Position numbers and translations under genes: made by a program. Positions 57,049-64,000 of a DNA stretch of 64,000 nucleotides are shown in pieces (position 1 is the first letter of the stretch; the number at the start of each line of letters is the position of its first letter). The stretch spans positions 32,001 to 96,000 of the forward strand of contig CAXXXD010000003.1 in NCBI GenBank assembly GCA_963663385.2, in the 5' to 3' direction. The DNA comes from Oceanispirochaeta sp. (GTDB lineage Bacteria; Spirochaetota; Spirochaetia; DSM-2461). The notes under the pieces were generated by a model, which saw only the letters and a program-made list of their open reading frames with translations, searched no databases and was not told the DNA's origin.

Positions 57049-59271
57049 ATGAAATCAACAATTATTTATACAAAAACGGATGAAGCGCCGGCTCTGGCAA
57101 CTTATTCATTACTGCCGATTGTTCAAAGTTATGCAAAAGCTGCCGGAATTACTGTAGAAACACGGGATATCTCACTGGCTGCCCGTATCCTGGCAGTATT
57201 CCCCGAATATCTTGAGGATGAGCAGAAGGTTCCGGATGACCTGGATGAACTGGGTAAACTGGTAAACCGACCTGAGGCCAACATAATAAAACTCCCCAAT
57301 ATCAGCGCTTCCATTCCCCAGTTAAAAGCGGCTGTAAAAGAACTGCAGGATAAGGGATTCAAGCTTCCCGAATACCCGGAAGAACCTCAGACTCCCGAGG
57401 AGCAGGAAATCAGGAAGCGTTACGATAAGGTTAAAGGCAGCGCTGTTAACCCTGTCCTGAGAGAAGGGAACTCCGACCGCCGGGCGCCGAAAGCTGTAAA
57501 ACAGTACGCTATGAAACACCCTCACTCTATGGGAGAGTGGAGTAAGGACTCCAAATCACATGTTGCCAGTATGGATCAGGGGGATTTTTACGGGAGTGAG
57601 AAGTCCATAATTCTGGATAAAGCCTGTACGGCAAGAATTGAACTGCTTGATACTTCCGGCAGTACAACAGTCCTGAAGGAGAGCCTTCCTCTTATTGAAG
57701 GCGAAATCCTGGATGCGGCGGTGTTAAGCCGGAAGGCCCTGCGGTCGTTTCTGGAAAAGGAGATCGCCGATGCCAAGAGACAGGATGTTCTCCTCTCTGT
57801 TCATCTGAAGGCAACCATGATGAAAGTATCGGATCCTATTATCTTCGGTCATGCGGTATCGGTATTTTTTAAAGATGTTTTTGAAGAGTATCGGGATCTT
57901 TTTGCCGAACTGGGTGTTGATCCCAATAATGGAATGGGTGACCTCCTTCATAAACTGCAGACCCTTCCTGATGCGGAAAGAAGCGAGGTGGTCGGAGCCA
58001 TAAAAGCGGCTTATGATGAAGGACCGGAACTGGCTATGGTCAATTCCGATCTGGGAATAACAAACCTGCATGTTCCCAGCGACGTGATTATTGATGCCTC
58101 CATGCCGGCGGCTATCCGCTCCTCCGGGAAGATGTGGGGCCCCGATGGCAAGCTCAAGGATATGAAAGCCATTATTCCGGACAGGTCTTACGCCGGTGTT
58201 TATCAGGCTGCCATTGACTACTGCAAGGAACACGGCGCTTTTGATCCTACCCTTATGGGCAGTGTTTCCAATGTAGGATTAATGGCACAGAAAGCGGAAG
58301 AGTACGGATCTCATGACAAGACTTTTCTGATTCCGGTAAACGGCACAGTCCGGGTTGTCAGGGAAGACGGTGCTGTTCTGCTGGAAATTCCTGTGGAGGA
58401 GGGGGATATCTACCGCTCCTGCCAGGCCAAGGATGCTCCCATCCGGGACTGGATAAAACTGGCTGTAAAACGGGCTGTCGCAACTGGGACTCCTGCCGTT
58501 TTCTGGCTGGATGAAAACAGGGCTCACGACAGAAACCTGATCGAAAAAGTTAATAAATACCTTCCTGAACACAATACGGACGGTCTGGATATCAGGATTA
58601 TGTCTCCAGACAAGGCAACCCGTTTCTCTATGGAGCGGATCAGCAGGGGAGAAGATACCATATCTGTAACCGGAAATGTTCTACGGGATTATCTGACGGA
58701 CCTTTTTCCCATACTGGAAGTGGGAACAAGCGCCAAAATGCTGTCGATCGTTCCCCTTATGAACGGAGGAGGACTGTTTGAAACCGGAGCTGGAGGCTCT
58801 GCTCCCAAGCATGTGCAGCAGTTTGTGCAGGAAGGGCACCTCCGATGGGATTCTCTGGGCGAGTTCCTTGCCCTGGCTGTATCCTTAGAGCATCTGGCAG
58901 GGGCCTGTAATAATCCTCAGGCTAAAATCCTGGGCGAGACACTGGATAGGGCTACCGGGCAGGTTCTGGAAAACAATAAAGCCCCTTCCCGGAAAAAGGG
59001 AGAGCTGGATAACAGAGGCAGTCATTTCTACCTGGCCATGTACTGGGCGCAGGCTCTGGCAGAGCAGAATGATGATGACGATCTGAAGAATATATTTAAG
59101 AGCGTGGCCGGGGAACTTGCCGAAAAGGAGAGCCTGATACTGAAGGAACTGAATGACGTTCAGGGTGAAGCCGTTGATCTGGGCGGTTATTACTATGCTG
59201 ATGAAAAACTGATTTCTCAGGCAATGAGACCCAGCAGCACCTTTAATACAATTCTGGACGGATTACAGTAA
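57049..59271 (+). CDS. icd: monomeric NADP-dependent isocitrate dehydrogenase
   Basis: [49 protein letters not shown]. Confidence 0.97.
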   Translation: MKSTIIYTKTDEAPALATYSLLPIVQSYAKAAGITVETRDISLAARILAVFPEYLEDEQKVPDDLDELGKLVNRPEANIIKLPNISASIPQLKAAVKELQDKGFKLPEYPEEPQTPEEQEIRKRYDKVKGSAVNPVLREGNSDRRAPKAVKQYAMKHPHSMGEWSKDSKSHVASMDQGDFYGSEKSIILDKACTARIELLDTSGSTTVLKESLPLIEGEILDAAVLSRKALRSFLEKEIADAKRQDVLLSVHLKATMMKVSDPIIFGHAVSVFFKDVFEEYRDLFAELGVDPNNGMGDLLHKLQTLPDAERSEVVGAIKAAYDEGPELAMVNSDLGITNLHVPSDVIIDASMPAAIRSSGKMWGPDGKLKDMKAIIPDRSYAGVYQAAIDYCKEHGAFDPTLMGSVSNVGLMAQKAEEYGSHDKTFLIPVNGTVRVVREDGAVLLEIPVEEGDIYRSCQAKDAPIRDWIKLAVKRAVATGTPAVFWLDENRAHDRNLIEKVNKYLPEHNTDGLDIRIMSPDKATRFSMERISRGEDTISVTGNVLRDYLTDLFPILEVGTSAKMLSIVPLMNGGGLFETGAGGSAPKHVQQFVQEGHLRWDSLGEFLALAVSLEHLAGACNNPQAKILGETLDRATGQVLENNKAPSRKKGELDNRGSHFYLAMYWAQALAEQNDDDDLKNIFKSVAGELAEKESLILKELNDVQGEAVDLGGYYYADEKLISQAMRPSSTFNTILDGLQ

Positions 59272-59307
59272 CTGTTACTTCTCTGATTAAATATCGCTAT
59301 TAACTAG

Positions 59308-59341
59308 AGGCTGAGTATCTGCACAGGCAGGTACTCAGCCT
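59308..59341. terminator. hairpin between convergent genes
   Basis: AGGCTGAGTATCTGC / GCAGGTACTCAGCCT. Confidence 0.7.
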
Positions 59342-59364
59342 TATTGATTAAGGGAGGAGGGTCA

Positions 59365-59835
59365 TTAAAGTTTTCTTCCCAGTTTTTTTTCAACCTGTTT
59401 TTTTTCCCATTCAGGGCCAAAAAGTCTGATAGGACTGAATACCCTTACTCCATGAGTGAGTATGCCGATTCCCCAGCCCATGGCCGGCCATTTCGCCCAT
59501 ATATATCTAGGTTCGAAAATCAGATTCCCTGCAAATAAAAGGGCGATAACTCCCAGGTAGGTAAATAGATGTCCGTAAAATCCCTTTTCATTCTGTACCT
59601 GTTTAAATGCCCGCTCTTCTTCCAGTGATACGGTATTCTTATCCATATTATTCTCCTCCAGCTGAAAATCAGAAATTTCCATATTAAATACAGCAGCAAG
59701 GCATTTAAGGGATTCCAGTCCGGGTTTTGCACCCCGTTCAATTCTCTGAATCGTTCTGGTACTTAACCCGCTGAACTCAGCCAGCTCTGACTGGGACCAG
59801 CCCCTTTGAAGTCTCAATTTTTTAATAATCAGCAC
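59365..59835 (-). CDS. XRE-family HTH plus 2TM domain protein
   Basis: AGGAGG before GTG 59835; WSQSELAEFSGLSTRTIQRIE; WPAMGWGIG..H 2TM motif. Confidence 0.88.
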   Translation of the reverse strand: MLIIKKLRLQRGWSQSELAEFSGLSTRTIQRIERGAKPGLESLKCLAAVFNMEISDFQLEENNMDKNTVSLEEERAFKQVQNEKGFYGHLFTYLGVIALLFAGNLIFEPRYIWAKWPAMGWGIGILTHGVRVFSPIRLFGPEWEKKQVEKKLGRKL

Positions 59836-59981
59836 ATTCTGCCTCCTGCTGTATCTCTGTTGGGAAGATAGGATAATTATATATCTGATCATACGACAAA
59901 TGGACGACAATGATGAGACTGTCGAATAAATGACGGGTTATCCGAGGTAATCAGGATTCCCGGGGACGCTTTTGGAAAACT

Positions 59982-60452
59982 TTATTCTATTTCAGAATCC
60001 AAAAATCCATTTTCCCTGAGAATCCTATTCCATTCACCTTTGTTCATTTCATTACTATTAATGATATTTTCTTCAAGCCACTTGGTAAGACCTGAAATAC
60101 GAACAGCCGTCTCATGATTTATGGAATGTTCTATACGACAAGCCTGATTCTCAACCCATGCACCCTCCAGACCCAGGATTCTGTTCAGAAACCGGAGAAT
60201 TATTTTGTGTCTGCTCAAGATGCATTTTGCAACCTTTCTGCCTTTTTCTGTAAGAGTTATATATGAGTTTTTTTCATATTCAATAAATCCTGCTTTTTTC
60301 AGATTCTTCAGTGCACCGGTAACAGACGGCATTTTTACCGAAAGCCTCTCGGAAATATCTTTAACCCTTGCTACTCTGTTTTTTTCTTCAAGTATCAGGA
60401 TTGTTTCAAGATAATCTTCCTGACTGGGAGACAGCTGCTTGATATTATTCAT
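59982..60452 (-). CDS. DtxR/MntR family metal-dependent regulator
   Basis: SQEDYLETI, RVKDIS..PSVT, RHKI, ACRIEH. Confidence 0.93.
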   Translation of the reverse strand: MNNIKQLSPSQEDYLETILILEEKNRVARVKDISERLSVKMPSVTGALKNLKKAGFIEYEKNSYITLTEKGRKVAKCILSRHKIILRFLNRILGLEGAWVENQACRIEHSINHETAVRISGLTKWLEENIINSNEMNKGEWNRILRENGFLDSEIE

Positions 60453-60566
60453 ATTTAAAAGCTAACATTATTAGATTTTCCTATCAAGATTGATAACAAC
60501 CCATGCATATCATCTCTGCATTAAAATTACTGAAAAATAGCCTGAATCTATCAGGATTTGCAGCAA

Positions 60567-61187
60567 TCAGGGATTGTGGACAAATCTATGGCTGTTTCCC
60601 AGCATCAGGGATTCAATAGTATAAACCTTTCCCAGCCTGTCAAACTCTACCTTCCAGATTTCTCCATTATTGGGGAAGGCTTTAGGATAGAGGGGCAGGG
60701 TATTTTCCAGTATCCCGCGAATCATCCGGAAGGCGACAGCATGGGTTACAATCAGTATACTTTCCGGTTCCGGCTGATTTTCCATATCCCGGAAAAAGCT
60801 GTGAAGCCTCTGGGCGATCATTTCGTAAGATTCGCCCCCTTCCGGGATCCAGTCCCAGCGCTTCAGGGCATCCATCTCGTAATCGCTGTGGTTTTTTACC
60901 TCATCGTAGGACATTCCGGAGAATTTCCCCAGTTCCTGTTCAGACAGGCGTTCATCCTCATCTATTTTCAGCGAATAAACTCTGGAAAAGGATTCCGCAG
61001 TCTGTCGGGCCCGCACCAGAGGAGAGGATATTATCCGGTCAATTCTGACAATTCCCTTCAATTCATCTGCTATAAGATCCGCATCTGCTTTTCCGTCTGC
61101 TGTAAGGGGGAAGGGGCCGCGGCTGGCCAGGATCCTGGCTTTATTGGCTTCGCTTTCTGCGTGACGTATCATATATAGTGTTTTCAT
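60567..61187 (-). CDS. histidine phosphatase family protein
   Basis: RHAES, SSPLVRARQTA, GGES, VTHA. Confidence 0.92.
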   Translation of the reverse strand: MKTLYMIRHAESEANKARILASRGPFPLTADGKADADLIADELKGIVRIDRIISSPLVRARQTAESFSRVYSLKIDEDERLSEQELGKFSGMSYDEVKNHSDYEMDALKRWDWIPEGGESYEMIAQRLHSFFRDMENQPEPESILIVTHAVAFRMIRGILENTLPLYPKAFPNNGEIWKVEFDRLGKVYTIESLMLGNSHRFVHNP

Positions 61188-61305
61188 AGGGAGATTGTAG
61201 GATTAATGTCTCTTTATTGGAATAAGGGAGCTTCCCTTTTTAATATAAAAAAATCCATATATAGCTATCAGGGTGTTGACCTGGTAAAACAAATGTGAAA
61301 CTATT

Positions 61306-61327
61306 ATAGGGTAGGGGGGTATCCTAT
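61306..61327 (+). promoter_or_regulatory. CsoR-type operator
   Basis: G tract flanked by imperfect inverted arms: ATAGGGTA-GGGGGG-TATCCTAT. Confidence 0.65.
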
Positions 61328-61618
61328 ATGGCTAAAGAAACAAGAAAAGCACATCATCCGTATGAAACAAAGGCTAATATGATTACCAGGCTGAACCGGA
61401 TAGAAGGGCAGATTCGGGGAATAGCCCGGATGATTGAAGAGGATATCTACTGTGATGACATTCTGAATCAGTTTAAAAGTGTCGATTCCGCAATAAACGG
61501 TGTGCGGAAAACCCTGCTGGAAGCGCATATGAAAAGTTGTGTGGTTCATCAGATTCAAAGCGGCCAGCTGGAAGTAATTGATGAACTTTTGGCAACTATC
61601 GGAAAAATGACGAAATAA
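61328..61618 (+). CDS. csoR: copper-sensing repressor
   Basis: [21 protein letters not shown] (C-H-C ligands); lies upstream of copA. Confidence 0.92.
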   Translation: MAKETRKAHHPYETKANMITRLNRIEGQIRGIARMIEEDIYCDDILNQFKSVDSAINGVRKTLLEAHMKSCVVHQIQSGQLEVIDELLATIGKMTK

Positions 61619-61637
61619 ATTCCCCCCGGGAGGTTTT

Positions 61638-64000
61638 ATGGAAATTTTGCAACTTGATATAAAGGGCATGACCTGTGCATCCTGCGTGGCGCATGTAGAA
61701 AAAGGTATAAAAAAGCTTGAAGGGATCGATATGGCATCGGTTAACCTTGCCACAGAAAAAGCTACGATCAGTTACGACCCCGATAATGTGGAGGCGGCTG
61801 CTATTATCCGGGCTGTTATGGATGCTGGGTACAGGGCTGCTGAAGCTGCAGACATTCCTGCTGATGAGGCCGAGGTTGAGAGGAAACAGGGTGAAAGGCG
61901 ATTGAAATACAAAATAACCCTTTCGGGCTTTTTGAGTGCGCCATTGCTGCTGGCAATGTTTGCTGCGATATTTCGTATAGATGCCCTTATGTTCCTGCAT
62001 AATCCCCTGCTTCAGCTTGCATTGGCTACCCCGGTACAGTTTTATGTGGGGCGTCAGTTTTACCTGACAGCATGGAAAACCCTTAAGGCAGGAAATCCGG
62101 GGATGGATCTGCTGGTTGTTATGGGAACTTCTTCAGCCTATTTTTTCAGTATTTTTAACGGTTTCTTTGCTTCATCCAGAGGAATTGAAAGTACGGGGCT
62201 TTATTTTGAAGCTTCCGCCATTATTATAACCCTGGTTCTTCTGGGAAAATTCCTGGAGGCCAGGGCAAAGGGAAAAACTTCACAGGCAATCCGCAAGCTG
62301 ATGGATCTGCAGCCGAAATATACGAGAGTCGAGAGGGACGGAGGTGCTATACAGGTTCCTGTAAGCGATGTACAGCCGGGGGATATTATCCTTGTCAGAC
62401 CGGGAGAGCGGATTCCCGTGGATGGTGAAATCCTGAGCGGTCATACCTCTGTGGATGAAAGCATGATCACCGGAGAGAGCATGCCCGTTGAAAAAAGGGA
62501 AGGAGATTCCGTTGTCAGCGGTACTATCAACTCCTATGGTTCAATCCGCTACAGAGCGGTCCATACCGGTAAGGATTCTGTTCTGGCCAGGATTATTGCC
62601 GTAGTGGAAGCGGCTCATGGGTCCAAGGCTCCCATTCAGAAACTGGCGGATAAGGTTGCTTCCGTTTTTGTTCCAACCGTACTGGGGATTGCCCTGGCGG
62701 TCTTCCTGATCTGGTGGCTCGCTGCGGGATCGTTTTCCAGCGCTGTTGTGGCAGCCGTTGCGGTTCTTGTCATCGCCTGTCCCTGTGCGCTGGGCCTGGC
62801 TACGCCTACGGCTATAATGGTTGGTACAGGTATGGGTGCGCAGCGGGGCATTCTTATTAAAAACGGAGAAGTACTGCAGCTGGCGGGTAAACTGGATGCT
62901 GTTGTTCTGGATAAGACCGGGACTATAACCCAGGGGCGTCCCGAGCTGCAGAAAATTATCCCCGTAGTAAGGGGAGGGACGGAGGTCGTACTATCCGAGG
63001 AAGAGCTGCTCATCACTGCCGCATCTCTGGAACAGAACTCCGAACATCCCCTGGCAATGGCAATTGTTGATACGGCAGAGGACAGAGGCCTGGATCTGAA
63101 GAATTGCAGTGATTTCTCAGCAGTTCCCGGTAAGGGTATCAGGGGTAACATTGAAGGGAACTCCTATCTGATGGGGACGGAGGTTCTGATAACATCAGCC
63201 GGTATAACCATTGAGCCCATACTGGATGAAAAGAGAAAGCTGGAGGAAGAAGGGTATACGGTTATGATTCTGGCTTCCAATGAATCTGGTGATTTCCGGA
63301 TCTCGGGGCTGTTCGCTGTGGCAGACCGCATCAAGGAGAGTTCTGCTGCCGGAGTGGCTGCCCTGAAGGAGATGGGCCTTAAGGTTTATATGATTACGGG
63401 GGATAACGCAAGAACCGCCCGTGCTATAGCCGGTAAAGCCGGAATAGAGAATATCCTCTCGGATGTTCTTCCTGAAGGAAAGGCAGAGGAAATCCGGAGG
63501 ATGCAGAAAAAGGGACTGACTGTGGCTATGGTTGGGGACGGGATTAACGATGCGCCTGCCCTGGCTCTGGCTGATGTGGGGGTAGCCATGGGGCAGGGGA
63601 CGGATATTGCCATGGAAACGGCGGATATCACCCTGATGAGAGGGGATCTGAGAGAGATTGCTGCAGCTATTCAGCTCTCCCGCAAAACCATGCAGAAAAT
63701 CCGGCAGAATCTGTTCTGGGCTTTTTTCTATAACAGTATCGGTATTCCCTTTGCCGCGTCGGGGCTGCTGAACCCGGTTATTGCCGGAGCTGCCATGGCT
63801 TTCAGTTCTGTTTCGGTTGTTTCAAACTCTCTCAGTTTAAAGAAATTCAGATTTATGGCGGATCATGGAACCGGCAGAGAAAACCGGGAATCAGAAAAAG
63901 ACAATAAGGTGGATAATATGGAAAGGATTATTACAGTGGAAGGTATGAGCTGCAATCACTGTAAAATGAGCGTGGAGAAGGCGGCGTCTGCTGTGGCAGG
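61638..64000 (+). CDS. copA: Cu(I)-translocating P1B-type ATPase, truncated by the window end, with a C-terminal HMA domain
   Basis: Not in the ORF track; GGAGG plus ATG 61638; [43 protein letters not shown]; in-frame GMSCNHC near the window end. Confidence 0.93.
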   Translation, partial: MEILQLDIKGMTCASCVAHVEKGIKKLEGIDMASVNLATEKATISYDPDNVEAAAIIRAVMDAGYRAAEAADIPADEAEVERKQGERRLKYKITLSGFLSAPLLLAMFAAIFRIDALMFLHNPLLQLALATPVQFYVGRQFYLTAWKTLKAGNPGMDLLVVMGTSSAYFFSIFNGFFASSRGIESTGLYFEASAIIITLVLLGKFLEARAKGKTSQAIRKLMDLQPKYTRVERDGGAIQVPVSDVQPGDIILVRPGERIPVDGEILSGHTSVDESMITGESMPVEKREGDSVVSGTINSYGSIRYRAVHTGKDSVLARIIAVVEAAHGSKAPIQKLADKVASVFVPTVLGIALAVFLIWWLAAGSFSSAVVAAVAVLVIACPCALGLATPTAIMVGTGMGAQRGILIKNGEVLQLAGKLDAVVLDKTGTITQGRPELQKIIPVVRGGTEVVLSEEELLITAASLEQNSEHPLAMAIVDTAEDRGLDLKNCSDFSAVPGKGIRGNIEGNSYLMGTEVLITSAGITIEPILDEKRKLEEEGYTVMILASNESGDFRISGLFAVADRIKESSAAGVAALKEMGLKVYMITGDNARTARAIAGKAGIENILSDVLPEGKAEEIRRMQKKGLTVAMVGDGINDAPALALADVGVAMGQGTDIAMETADITLMRGDLREIAAAIQLSRKTMQKIRQNLFWAFFYNSIGIPFAASGLLNPVIAGAAMAFSSVSVVSNSLSLKKFRFMADHGTGRENRESEKDNKVDNMERIITVEGMSCNHCKMSVEKAASAVA

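Overview
Bacterial chromosomal segment, probably from a free-living anaerobic spirochaete (Spirochaetaceae-like; inferred from signal-peptide style and gene content). It holds: a TetR/flavodoxin pair; an AT-richer MATE-TetR islet; an Xre-RES toxin-antitoxin pair; an OmpR-type two-component system; HD-GYP and GGDEF c-di-GMP enzymes; a sugar ABC/GH31 locus; three chemoreceptors; an ABC-F gene with a leader-peptide attenuator; a citrate fermentation cluster (citCDEFGX, propeller kinase/NarL regulator, tctCBA); zupT; a DUF2779-MYG1 nuclease pair; monomeric icd; a DtxR-family regulator; and csoR-copA. The standout is two near-identical 1381-bp IS110-family (bridge recombinase) elements in inverted orientation. 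Both sit exactly in the Shine-Dalgarno sequence (TTACAGGAG|T) of a host gene (an MCP and citD), and the element's right end rebuilds the SD at the original spacing. The 5' non-coding end folds into a bridge-RNA-like structure whose guide segments (TACAGGAG, ATAGGAG) match the target and donor sequences. The ORF track labels 26461..27675 as '+', but the sequence shows it is on the minus strand.
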